In this document: positions 16,221-29,492 of the stretch, piece after piece | How positions within the stretch are numbered: the first letter of the stretch is position 1 | Layout: the number at the start of each line of letters is the position of its first letter | The notes under the pieces: model-generated | What the model was told of the DNA's origin: nothing | The model's input: the letters and a program-made list of their open reading frames with translations, nothing else | The model's database searches: none | Made by a program: the position numbers and the translations under genes | NCBI RefSeq assembly: GCF_009914755.1 | Contig: NC_060929.1 | Reading direction: 5' to 3' (one strand) | Length of the DNA: 64,000 nt | DNA from: the human T2T-CHM13v2.0 reference genome, Homo sapiens

Positions 16221-16859
16221 TGTTACTGGAGAGGGGTCCTGATCCAGACCCCACGAGTGGGTTCTTGGATCTCACACAAGAAAGAAATTTGTGCAAGTCC
16301 ACAGAGTAAAGTGAAAGCAAGTTTATTAAGGTAAAGGAATAAAATAATGGCTACTCCATAGACATAGTAGCCCTGAGTGCTGCTGGTTGGCTATTGTTTT
16401 GGTTATTTCTTGATTACATGCTAAACAAGAGGTAGATTATTCATAAGTTTTTCTGGAAAGGGGTGAGAAATGGAACTGAGTGTTCCTCCCCATTTTAGAC
16501 CATATAGGGTAACTTCTGGATGTTGCCATGGCATTTGTAAACTTTCATGGTGCTCGTGGGAGTATCTTTTAGCAGACTAAAGCATTATAACTAGCATGTA
16601 ATGAGCAGTGAGAATGACCAGAGGTCACTTTTATTGCCATCTTGTTTTTTTTGGTTTTGCAGGTTTTGGGTTGGCATCTTTACGGCATCCTGTTTTATCA
16701 GCAGAGTTTTTGGGACTTGTGTCTTGTGCAGGCCTCTTAACTCATCCTATGACTAAGAATGCCTAACCTGGTGGGAATGCAGCCCAGCAAGTCTCAGCCT
16801 CATTTTATGCACCCCTATTAAAAATGGAGTCACACACTCTGGTTCCAATGCCTCTGACA
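16221..16859 (-). mobile_element. MER41 (MER41B-like) solo LTR (ERV1)
   Basis: tgttactggagaggggtcctgatccagacccc … ggttccaatgcctctgaca; 4-bp TSD cttc at 16217-16220 and 16860-16863. Confidence 0.9.
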
Positions 16860-17724
16860 CTTCTACATAATTATTTAATTTATTAATGGCACTACACATT
16901 TTCTCAAAATACCCTTTATTTTTTTCTTTTTAAAATCATACTTTAAGAGAAGGAGGCTAGATCCTTCATGGCATTGTGAACCCACTCTATTTAGACCAGT
17001 ACTGCCTACTTCTATATATCTCATTCCTATTGAAATAAATGATTTTTGAAAGCCTTATTTGATAGTCACTACTTAAAAAAACAACAACAAAAATAAAAAA
17101 TGCATTCAATAATGATTAACTGATACAACCAGGAATGTACCTTTGCAGTATATTAACTTTGAGGATTTTTCTTTCTCTTTATCCTTGATGGTTGCAGCTT
17201 CCCACTACATGTCATTTTATTTATATCATTTGATTCTGAATCATGTTTCAATGTGAGTCCTCACTCTAGCTTTTCTATAATGGTTCTTAAGTACGTATTC
17301 TCAAAGACTGTTTTTGTGCCATTTTGTCCGTTTTATTCTGTTGGAACTTTTTTTGGTCTGATTTTAAAATCCTCCCATTTTATTTTTCTTGTCTCTTAAA
17401 TGCTCTTGAAATTTTAATTTCTCTGGAATTCCTACAAAATTCTTTCATACTCTCTTGCAATTTATTTTACTTCTTTGTGTTATATAGTCTACAGCCTAGA
17501 ATTTATTCTGCTTATTGATTTTGTGATTTAGTTTTATTTCCAAAAGATTTTAAAAATGATTTTTCATATCCACCAGTTCTGATCATATTTCTTCCTGCTT
17601 TTGTTTCAGAACCAGTTTTATGAAGGCTATTTATTTGTGTTTTTGGTGAGATATTTATTAGCATTCATTATCTTTCTATATTATTTATTTAGTATCTGGG
17701 CTCATTTTCAGCGAGATTTTAAAA

Positions 17725-18140
17725 ATGCTTTATTATAAATAATTTAAAATATGCAAACATAGATAAAAATAGTATAATTAATCCCTATACACAATTCACC
17801 TACATTCAACCATCACAATTTTTCCACATTTTTAAAGTTTATTTTTTCTTCTCTATTATGATTTTTTTAGTTTCTCCATTTGGGCTAGAGTATTTTAAAA
17901 CACATACTAGATATCATGACATATCCATACATAATTCAGTATGTATCTCCAAAAGATAAAAACATTTTCTACCATAACCACTATGACATTATTAACATCT
18001 TGTAAAATTAAAGACATTATTTGTTGATATTATCTAATATTAGATAGCATTAAAAATTTTCTCATTTTTTTCAGTTTATCTTTTTAAATTGGTTTGTTTC
18101 AATCTGGATCCTAAGCAGGTTTGAGTAAAAGTTTGTGCCA
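17725..18140 (-). mobile_element. Old L1 (L1MC/ME) 3' end fragment
   Basis: aaaatagtataattaatccc…gagtattttaaaa…cagtatgtatctccaaaagataaaaacattttctaccataaccac. Confidence 0.55.
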
Positions 18141-18239
18141 TTGCTCCTTCTGTGCTCTCTCTCTCTCACTCTTTCTCCGGTTGTCTTTCACAATAACTCT
18201 TGTTAATACCTAAACCAAGGTAAAGGTGAGGCTGCAGAG

Positions 18240-18463
18240 CAGCAGTGTCCAATCTTTTGGCTTCCTTGGGCCACATTGGAAGAAGAATTGTCTTGGGCCA
18301 CATATAAAATACACTAACATTAATGATAGCTGATGAGCTAAAAAAAAAAGTCACACACAAAAAATCCATAATATTATAAGAAAGTTTACAAATGTGTGAT
18401 GGTCTACATTTAAAGCCATCCTGGGTCATGTGCGGGCCAAGGGACGTGGGATAGACAAGCTTG
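18240..18463 (+). mobile_element. MER30 (hAT-Charlie MITE)
   Basis: cagcagtgtccaatcttttggcttccttgggccacattggaagaagaattgtc … gacaagcttg; degenerate 8-bp TSD ctgcagag/ttgtagaa. Confidence 0.88.
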
Positions 18464-20960
18464 TTGTAGAATGAAGATCCACAAATTTCTGCTGTAGAGA
18501 TTTCTAAGAGTTCCCTGATTATTTAGTCCCTTAAACTTGATTTTATATTATTCTTGGTATTATGAGATAGCCTATTACATTGCAATCAATGACAGTGTTT
18601 TTCTCCCCTTCATATAGCTCAAGCTGGTTTACAGTGGGCTATTCTCATCTCTTTATTTATATTTTAAGTGCCTGCCTTTAAACAATTTCTATTGGGGTTT
18701 AGGTTAAATTCCCTCACACAACACCCCCCCCTTTTATTTTTCTAATTTAGGAAGGACTAACATCTGTGACTTTTATGCAAGACCAAGTATTTTTCTTACT
18801 TTCTATCTTTATTGGTCAAATTCTACTTCTTTACTCGACATTGTTGTCGGTTTGCACATACAATGTCATAATGTAATTTGTATTACATTATAACACACAA
18901 TTAAAATAAAACAGTACTGAAGGCTCATATTTAAATGCAAAACTTCATGGTTCTACCTTAATTTAGCCCCAGTTACTCCCCAAAGATTAAACCAATTTCA
19001 ACTGTCTAGATTTTTATGGTGTTTAATCTCCATATTCTGAAGTAATATGCTTATATTGCTATTTTGGACTTATCAATTTTAGAGAGCATATTTGCCTGCT
19101 CTAAAGTACACTCATAGGGGAAACAGAATTCCACTGACTAACATAATGACTTGTTTCTCAAATAATTTCTAGACTAAACAATCATGACAATTATGTACAC
19201 CAAAGTTTTTTCTTCTGTACCATTTTCTTATATAATAGGAGAACAAACAAAAAAAATCAATGACAGGGAGAACTTTCCACATGTCTGGAAGTAGAGACGT
19301 GACTTACAGTGCTTTTGCTGAAAATGGTAAGAGAGTGACATTAATCCATCTTCACTTTCCTGACAGGTCATTTTTATAACACTATGGGCATGCATATGTA
19401 AGTCAGTTGACTGATAACAAAAAGTTTATAATTGTGAACCAAATGAAACTGACTGGCTTAACGGTGGAGAACATACCTGTGACCTTGTTTATATTAGCCC
19501 TGATATGTAATAAATTAGGTTATATAGTCATAGATGGAGGAAGCATTCCCTTTAAAGAAGATAATACTAGGCTTCTGAACTATTCTGATGAAAGATTGGC
19601 CCGCACAGGGACTTGTCTAATGTATAAAGAGCTATATTTGATGTGGACTAATTTTATGTAAAACTGGAAATACTTACTCACAAAATCAACAGATATTAGA
19701 GTTGAGGTTAGAGTCCAGCATTGATGCAATCTAATCTTATTTTATAGTTGAGGATAATTGAACTGAGAGAAGTTAAAAGGCAGATATATTCAACTGTTCT
19801 CTAATTTTAGACCTAATTGTCCATTGGGCATACTTCTGACATGACACTTCACTGAATTCATTATTTACATGTCAGGCTTCCTGCTGGACTGTAATCTAAT
19901 GAAAGCAAGGGGCAACATCTAGAATCCTAAACATTTGGACAGTGCCTATCTACTACTTCTGTCTCAGGAATACCAAGCCCATAGTCTTACGTTATGAGTA
20001 CATTGTTCTTAATACTCCATAATATCCTAACCCTAATTTAAAAATAAATTTCTAAGAAAAAGTCAACAATGAACTCTTAGATGCCACAGGTTTCTCTGAG
20101 ACAAATTAGGCTATCTAATGACATTTTTTAAAGAACAATTTTGTTTTGTACTGTGTAAGAGGGAGCCATTAGTGTAGAAATTGCATCAAATAATTCTAGA
20201 TAAATATATTTAAATATTTGTTATTACTTTTAAGCTTTCCTTGCATTAATTAAATTTTGATAGCTATATGGATGGCCTGGTTTAACAATGTAAAATGTAT
20301 TTTGTTAAAAATTTGTTTTCCAAAGTTTAACTCTCCAAAGATGTATTTATATTGTATGAATGCAATCAGGCTTACATCCAAATTTTCTTTAATCAGGATA
20401 TTGGTATTCTAAATCTCTATGGCCTTTTTTTTTTCAGGCTTTTTAAAGGGTCAAAAGGACTGTCTCAAAGAATTAAATAAAATAATGCTATTAGGAAACA
20501 TATAAAAGTAAGAGAGAGGTGATCCTGGTGTTTGTCCTGCCACACCACTGACAGTTGTAAAACATTACCTACTTTGGAGCTCAGTTTCTTCCTTCTGAAG
20601 CTGAGTCCTTTAATAGGTGATCTTCAGGTTACCTTCAAACATTTAAGTTCTATGATTTAATGCTAAAATAATTTATGCATACCAATCTATTAGAGAAGAG
20701 AGTAAATGAAGTTCCAAACAGAATGATCACTATAATACCTATTTTGATAAATTAAGAGACAGCTGATATGCCTAAACATTCAATCATAAAAATGTTAAGA
20801 GAGTAATCTTTAATACAGCAATTTTGCCTCCTGCTACTTAGTCTCACATTTTATATATTTTAATGAAAGATAATCACTCAGAATTATAATTTCAGAACAT
20901 TTAAGTTGATATTTTAGTGAGAATAAACACATTTTTTTTTGGCTTAGAAAATAGAAATTA

Positions 20961-21138
20961 AGCCTGGGCAACAAAGTGAGACCCTGTCTCTACAAAAATT
21001 TAAAAAATTAGCTGAGTGTGATAGTGTGCACCTATAGTGCCAGCTATTCCAGAGGCTGAGGCAGGAGGGTCACTTGAGCCCAGGAATTCAAGGCTGCAGT
21101 GAGCTATGATTGTGCCACTCCAGCATGGGTGACAGAGT
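20961..21138 (+). mobile_element. 5'-truncated AluJ
   Basis: gcctgggcaacaaagtgagaccctgtctc…cacttgagcccaggaattcaaggctgcagtgagctatgat (AluJ diagnostics). Confidence 0.85.
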
Positions 21139-21237
21139 ATAGATGTATGTCCAAAATAGCAATATAAGCATATTAGTTCTGAATACGGAGATTAAACACA
21201 ATAAAAGTCTACACCCATGCTCTGAGAAACCCTTCTC

Positions 21238-21292
21238 AAAAAGAAAGAAGAGAAAGAAATAAAGAAAAAGAGAAGGAAGGAAGGAAGGAAGA
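21238..21292 (+). repeat. GA-rich/(GGAA)n low-complexity tract
   Basis: aaaagaaagaagagaaagaaataaagaaaaagagaaggaaggaaggaaggaaga. Confidence 0.8.
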
Positions 21293-22177
21293 TACTAATC
21301 TTTATTTAAAAAATATCTGTGGATGTGGTGTTTTTAGTTGAGGAAATCTATTTAGTGAAGTCTGTAGGCTTTAGTTTCTGTACTTAAGACAATGCAATCA
21401 ACTGCATTTTAGGTTGTGTTCATTAGTGTTCTTTAACTTCCTTTATTGTTATAAAAACTACCAAAAGCTGAGAATCTTTTGAGAAAACAATCAATAAAGA
21501 GACTTTGTCTGTGTCCAGTATTCCCACCCCACATACTCCTTTGCTTTGCCTTCAGTGAATGCAGGAACTGAGACCATCATTACTGAAAATGTGGCCGTCA
21601 CTACTGACACTCAGCATATCTACACATTCTTTACCTTCCCCATACCAGCATTACCTCTGTTAGAGTCTGGGGAATCTAACATAAACATCAGTGCAGGACT
21701 TACCGTTAATTGCTTTCAAGAAAACAAAATACACCATTGTGTCATTTTATGGTGTGCATTCAAGGGGTGGGGTATGAATGGCAAAATCATTGACAACTGT
21801 TTCACTGGCTAGAGCATCTGGATTTCTCTTCAAATTTGCAGAAAGTTTATATTTTTTTTCTCATCCAATCCATCTCATCTTCAGCAAGCTTATCAAATTG
21901 CCAAGAAATTTTTGGAATAGGTGTTTTGTTTTAAAAAAATTAGTTTACTGTTGCTATTGATCCAAGATGACTCCACTTTATGCTTCTTGAATATAAAAGA
22001 GATATAAGTTCTACAGGATCCCTTAATTCTATCATGTGGAGAATATGAATTAAATACCTACTATGTTTAATAATTTAAAAAGACTTTGGGACAATGTCAA
22101 CATATTTAAAGGGGAAAAGGTTTTGAGGTTTTGGGGTATGGACTTTATTTTGAACTAATTGCTTTTCTACTAACATA

Positions 22178-22363
22178 TCATTTCATTTAATGCTTTAGAA
22201 AATCTTGTGAGAAAGGCTTAATGTCCCTCCATTCACACATGAGGCTGAGAGGCTAAGAGAAATAATAATCCAGTCATGGTCACACCCCTTCCAGAAAAGG
22301 AAGGAACCGGGATACAAACCTGGATATGGCTCCAAAGTTCATGTTTGCATTAATTCTGTGCTG
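22178..22363 (-). mobile_element. MIR
   Basis: tttcatttaatgc…ccattcacacatgaggctgagaggctaagag…ggtcacac…gggatacaaacctgg…gctccaaag. Confidence 0.65.
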
Positions 22364-23783
22364 CTCTCTTCAAGGAGCTTATGAGCTAGTGGAAGAAGTG
22401 AACATGCAAATATCCCAACTGCAATATTGACCAAATGCCCATCTGAAGAGTACAAACTAAAAGTCTGTTTTATAAAACACAATAATTCCTGAAAGTTAAA
22501 TCAAAGTTCAGTTTAAACCACCAATGTTTTGTATACATTTCATAAATGCTGAGGTTGATATAAGATCTTATCTGTCATCAAATAATGTCTGATTTCAATT
22601 TTTGTTATCAAAATAGCCTCATTCTTCTTAATTGGTTTTCTAATTAGGAATTGGTTTAAATTTAGACATACCAATAAAATTATATGAACATATAACTACA
22701 ATTTTTCATATTTGTATGGTAATTATTTTTAAAATACTACTCCAATGTAAGAAATTTTTACTTTGCATATATCTTCTGCATATATTTATACATTTAAGAT
22801 GATTTTTTAACCAGTATTCATTTTTTAACATGAATATTCCATTTAGTCATAATCAGTCTACATGTAAATTTATATACTGCTTTTTTGCATATAACATTAC
22901 ATAATATTCTTAGTTTATAAAAATTTAAACTCAAAAGACTGGATTATGTTTCTAAAAGAGAATAATAAATGTGGTACTGTCATATAACACATTTTTAGAA
23001 TTTTTAAGTTCTTTAGGTAGATTTCTTTTTGCCCTCAAATATATTTTAATATTGAAAATTAATAAAAGCAGACTACAATCTCACCTACCAGATAATCTCT
23101 GGTGATTTTAAATTGAAGCATGAACTTTTACTGATTAGAGAATTCAAAAACTTAGGAAAGGTATAAAATTATGAAAAGAAAATCTTCGTCACCTCCTTAG
23201 TACTTGTCTGCAAAGCTAACCAGGATTAATTTGCTGTTTATTCTTCCAAATAAAAATAGACACATACCACTATGTGTAATATGTGTCCTTCTATTTACAC
23301 CAAAGAGACCATGCACATATCCTATCTTACACATCTATTCTTTTACTTAATGACACTTTGGGGACTCTTTCCATATCCTTAGATGGTTCTATCACATTTT
23401 TTGAAAGCTTCAGTCTGCATAGTTTTCCATTATATTAAAGTCTCAACTTACTTAAACAAAACATTCCTTCTCATTTATATGCTATGATACTAGATCTATA
23501 TTGTGCAATGAGAAAGCTGCAATCTGTATCTTTTCTATCTCATTTTTGTTTTTCTATCAAATCTATGTGGTAAGTTTTCAGAAGTTTAGTTCTTAGGTAA
23601 AGGAGTGTTGTCATTTAAAATGTTGATGAACATTGCTAATTTTTTTTGTATATATGTTGTATAAAATTTGTCTCCCAAAGTGGACAGCAATAGCTAACTT
23701 TCCAGAGTGGTCACTGCTAAACACAACTTATTATATTTGACATTTGACATGTATTAACTCATTTAATCCTCACTCTGCTTTAG

Positions 23784-24458
<675 letters not shown>

Positions 24459-27231
24459 CCATATTTTAAAGAGAAGGATCTGAAACACAGTAGAGTGCCT
24501 AAATCACTTAGCCAAAATCATGTGGCTGATAAATAATGAAGCTACACTATGAACACAAGCAGTTCAGCTGTATGGTGTTAACCACCCCAACATATTGCTT
24601 AGTGTTGTTGCAGGAAAGAGTAGATACTTTCAACTTTTGGATTTTGACTAATACAACAAATGAAAACAATAAGTCAATTTGAGTTAGATCTTTTGTAATA
24701 GGTGAAGTAATATTTATGTTTTGTTCATTACACAAATTGCTTTTTCTGTGAACTACTTTTTCATACTTTTGCATAGTTTTATATTGAATTATTCAAGTTT
24801 CTCAGTAATTTTTACAAAATCAATAGAAAAAATGAAGTGAAACTTTGTGATATGTGATACACTTTCCAGAGAGAACTTTTATATCTTTATACATTTCAAT
24901 TTATTGATTTTTAGCTTCTGGATTTGATCTTCTTTTTGACATTTTTATTTTATTCAAATTATTTCAGTATATCATTTGCAACATCTAAGAATTTTTTTAA
25001 TTTAAAAATGATTGTTATTGTGTATTATCAGAATCCAGATGATAAAGTCTTTCATCATAAAAAGGTTGTTTTTAAAATAGTCCTTCAAAACTGATAAGAT
25101 GTTTATAAACTGACAGTATTTGAGAAGAAGAAGATAGGTAGTTGGGAAAGGTAATATATACATGGGAAAATGGCACAGGTATCTGCCCCAGGCTAACTGG
25201 ATGAATAGGAAGAAACTGGTAACTGAATGAGTACAGCTACTCCGTGTGCAGTGTCACTGAACATACAGACCTGAGGCCTTTCTCTTCCCACTTTACTTGA
25301 TCTCATTTGTCTAAAAGCACAGTAACCTTTGTTACTGGCAACTCAAAGGTTACAGTAACCTTTGAGACTGGAAAATGTACAGTAATTTATGCAGAAATTA
25401 GTCCATGGGGGTAAGAAAATCCTACATTCTTTGCTTGTGACCTGAAAGACATCTAGATCTGTTGATGAAAAACCAGCAGTTTTAACTCATCACCTTCTTC
25501 CTAAATAAATATCAAAAAATAGAGGATATAATTCAACATAAAATGAAAATTCTTCTGTGAAAATGGCAATAGCCTGATAAGGAGAATTTACTTTTATATC
25601 TATATTGGTTTATAGGTAAAGAGGCAACATTAGTAAAAACATTTGGAATTTTTTCCCACTCTGAATGTGATTTCAATATCCATGATTGGTTCCTAGCAAG
25701 CTGCCTTCCATCTCATATCTGAAAAAAAAAAAATTTGGAGCCGCTATTTGTTTAATTAATTTGTATGAGCCCAGCTGTTAGAACATCGAGTATGAATTTA
25801 GATAAGGGAATAAAATTGGCCTCATCTGTCCAGTCCTATTGTGTTGTGTTACCAATTATATTTAATGGAAAAAATCCAATGGAGAAAATGTTTGGCAGTA
25901 ATAAAGCAGCTGACAACAGGAAAAAAAGCATAGTTAGAGTTTAAGAACATCTTGGTTTTCTAGCCCTTATTCATTAATTCTATCTTGTTTCTTTTTTGTT
26001 GTTGTTCTCTTTCTCTGTCTCTTGATTGTTATTAATTTTCCTTTCTTTCCACCCCTTATACCAAATATCAATCAAAAACTTTGCTTTTATGTTTAAGTGA
26101 TGAAGGCAATGACTAATTATTGTAAGAATTACACTTTTTCCATTTTCAACTTTGTCTGGGAATAGACCCAGGTTTGAGTTAGTCCTAAACTTTACTGGAC
26201 AGCTCCTGATACAAAACATTCATGCCCAACTCTCTAAAAGGGAAAAATGGTACTTAATAAAAGTTTAAGCACATAACATCATCAGAAATAGAGGAGATTC
26301 TGTTATATCCATGAACAAATGTATTTATTGGGGAAAAAGGCAGATGTACATAAATCTAAGCTACTCTCCAATCCTGTGTGAATTGAGGGGCCTTACTGAG
26401 GTGTTGACACTGGTCCTGAGGAGTTCCTAATCTGAGTGCAGAGCCAGTGGCAAATGTGTTTTTAGTCAAATATAATTACTAAAGAATACAAACATAACGT
26501 TTGCCATCCAAGACCTCTGCAACTTGAAACCCCAGATTAACTTGCACTGAAGGCCTTTTGAGTGAAGATCAGTCTGGAAAGATTTTTCAGGAAAGATGGT
26601 TTAGCTAACCAGATAGAGGAATCTGACTCCAGATCTAGTGGGCAGCCCCTCTTATTCACAGGCATTAGCCACAGCAATTACATGTTTTCCTCATTGATAT
26701 GACAGAGGTGAGCCAAGACATAGAGGAGGGTATTATCCCTATCTTCACTATAATATCAGTGTTGTGTTTAATATTCGGAGACAAAGGATTAGCTTCGTTT
26801 TCAGGGAGAGATTTATAGAATAATGAGCTAAATCTGTGTTTAATAAGGTTTTTGTTCTTTTGTGTTCACTGTAATGTGGAAGTAATTTCAGTCTTTCTAC
26901 ACAGAGGTCCCGACTGACTCCCATCACAGTATCGTCAGAGCTCCAGCTACACAGTGGAATACATCATCTCTGGTTGCACATGGCTGGCAGCCTCTGAAGA
27001 TTGGGTTTAAACTGATGGGGCAGGTCTTTCTCTTTCAGTAATGCCTGATACAAGTGGCCTTTATTATATTAATAGCTTACCAATCTCCATTACATTGAAC
27101 TCTTTCCAGAAATTCTCCAAGTTTTGTACCCTACTTCATGACACTAATACATTATGCACAGAAAAAATGTCCATATTATAACAATTAGTATGTTTATATA
27201 TGCACATGCAAAAGTTAAACTAGGAACAAGT

Positions 27232-27331
27232 ACATATTGAAATATATGTATGTGTGTGTATATACAGACACATGTATATGTGTCTGTATATACACGCGTG
27301 TATGTGTGTGTGTATATGTATGCACACACAT
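27232..27331. repeat. Degenerate (TG)n/(TA)n/(CA)n purine-pyrimidine microsatellite
   Basis: tatgtatgtgtgtgtatatacagacacatgtatatgtgtctgtatatacacgcgtgtatgtgtgtgtg. Confidence 0.85.
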
Positions 27332-27949
27332 AGTGGCAATAAGGTGCTGGACAAAGATGAAGATCTTGGTGCATCCTAATGTTGAATTTTGTAGAATTTT
27401 TAAATATGGGAATTACTAAAAGGATCATCTTTAATAATTTAGAAGTTTCATAAAATTGTATTGCAGATTCTGCACTCTGCCTTGCATGTCAGGTGATCCG
27501 AGATCTTGCCCAAGTCAAATATAGGTCCTATGACATTGGGCAAGTCACTTAAACTCTCTAAGCCTTCCTTTCTGCTGGGTAAAGTCAAGTCAAGCTAGCT
27601 AATCTCCAAACTGCCTACCAGGTCCAAAGGGCTGTGGTCACAACCAAAGGGATCCATTAATGAAATTCCCTTACAGAGAGGTTCCCAAGTTAGTGACAGA
27701 ACTGTAACGCTATTGAACGTTCTATTTAACACTGCAGAACCCAAGAGTGAAACTGAATCAAATAAAAATTCACACTTACTTGAGAGCTCCTAATCTGTCA
27801 ACATTTATCTGGTTTCACAGATGCTTTCTTTTTCTCTGATACAAAACTATTTATATTCAAGACACATGGCATAAAAACTGTTTCTAAATACATCTTTATA
27901 AAGCCTCAATAGCTTATTTGTTTCACTTACCTTTTTCTGCATAAAAAAG

Positions 27950-28723
27950 TACTCCAAATCTCTGCTCCCAAGTCTGAGGGTCAGAAATGTGGAGAGTAGC
28001 TCCCCTCTGCCTCATAGAGTCAGGTGGGGTCAGTTGGGGTGACTCATACACCTGTGGATTGGCTAAAATGGTTTGCTTGGGGCCTGTTATGGACTGAATG
28101 TTTGTGTCTCTTCAAAATTTGTATGTTGAAATCATATTCCCATTGTGATGGAATTTGGAGGCAGGGCCCTTGGGAGTATGAACTGAGAAGTGGGCCCTCA
28201 CTAGACACTGAAACTGTCAGCAGTTTGATCTTGGACTTTTCAGTCTCCAGAATTGTGAGAAATTAATGTTTGTTTTATAATCTACCCAGTGTAAGGTCTT
28301 TCATTATAGTAGCCTGAACTGACAAAGGCAGGGTCATATGTGTGACCTCAGTTTGTGCTGTTGGCTACAGTCTGTCACTCCCCTGTCCTTGGATAATGGC
28401 TGTGATGGTGGGAAGAGCCACAAAGATTTCTCTCACATATGTGGCAACTCAGGCTTGTCCACGTGCCCTTCTCACCCTGTGAAGATAGGGTGGGCTTCCC
28501 ACTGCATGGCAGTCTCAGAGGAGTTGGATTTCTTACATGGTGACTGCCATTCAAGAAGGAGGAAATGGAAGCCTCCAGTCCTCTGAAAGACTAGGCTGGA
28601 ACGGGCATAATGTCACTTCCATCATATTTTATTGGCTCAGCCAGATTTGGCAAGTACACAAATGATCTCCATCTCTGGGTGGTAGGAATGGTCAGGAATT
28701 TGTAACCATCTTTAACCTGCCAC
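27950..28723 (-). mobile_element. Old MLT1 (G/H-like) LTR hosting an MLT1A0
   Basis: catggcagtctcag…cttacatggtgact…atgtcacttccatcatattttattggc…ccatctttaacctgccaca; left boundary approximate. Confidence 0.6.
28085..28324 (+). mobile_element. MLT1A0 LTR with internal deletion
   Basis: tgttatggactgaatgtttgtgtctc…ccttgggag joined directly to tatgaactgagaagtgggccctcactagacactg…tagtagcctgaactgaca. Confidence 0.8.
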
Positions 28724-29070
28724 AGTAACCACTCCTGGTTTGGTTACTTCCCTAGAGGCAGAAGAATTGTTTGGGTTTTGTCATCTATGTGGATACCTTC
28801 TCCATTTTAGTTACTGGCAAGTTTAAATGACCAGATTTTTTTCCAAAGGGATATTAAACCAGGATGAGGGTACAACTAATATTCAGAAATTCAACACAGG
28901 CCTCACTTGTAAAATGCCTTCAACAGTTCAATATAGGCACCAGAGGGTACAGTGCTTTTTGCATTAGAAGCACATACTTTGACTCTCAGTTGGAGACAAT
29001 CTCACTTGAAAAAACTGTACAGCCTCACTGACGATGGATAAAGAATTAATTCTGTAAAAAAAAAAAAACA

Positions 29071-29492
29071 GTATATGAGTTTGCTAGAGCTGCCATAAAG
29101 AAGGTATCACAGACTCGGTGACTTAACTAACAGAAATTTATTTTCTCACAGCTCTGGAGGCTAACCATCCAAGACCAAGATGTCAGCAGGATTGGTTCCT
29201 GAGGGCCTTGAGGAAGAATCTGTTCCAGGACTTTCCCTTTGGCTTGCCATTGGCCATATTCTCTCTGTGTCTTCTCACGTCTTCCCTCTGTATTTGTTTC
29301 CAAATTTCCTCTTCTTATAAGGACAGTAGTCATATTGGAAAAAGGAACACCCTAATAACCTAATTTTAACTTGATTACCTCTTTAAAGACCTTATCTCCA
29401 AATACCATCACATTCTGAACTATTAAAGATTAATGCGTCAATATATGAATTTTGTGAGGGGCAGGGAGACAGAATACAACCAACCCACAACA
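29071..29492 (-). mobile_element. MLT1B/C LTR
   Basis: gtatatgagtttgctagagctgccata…cagaaatttattttctcacagctctggagg…ccaaatttcctcttcttataaggac…aaagaccttatctccaaatac. Confidence 0.85.

Noticed and set aside
21546-21812. 88-aa ORF in unique sequence and a minus-strand ACG|GTAAGT donor near 21703
   Set aside because: Non-ATG start, no recognisable domain, and no matching acceptor found; consistent with chance.
27144-27428. ORFs rich in Y/T/H/C/V (also 36212..36442)
   Set aside because: Translations of TG/TA microsatellites.
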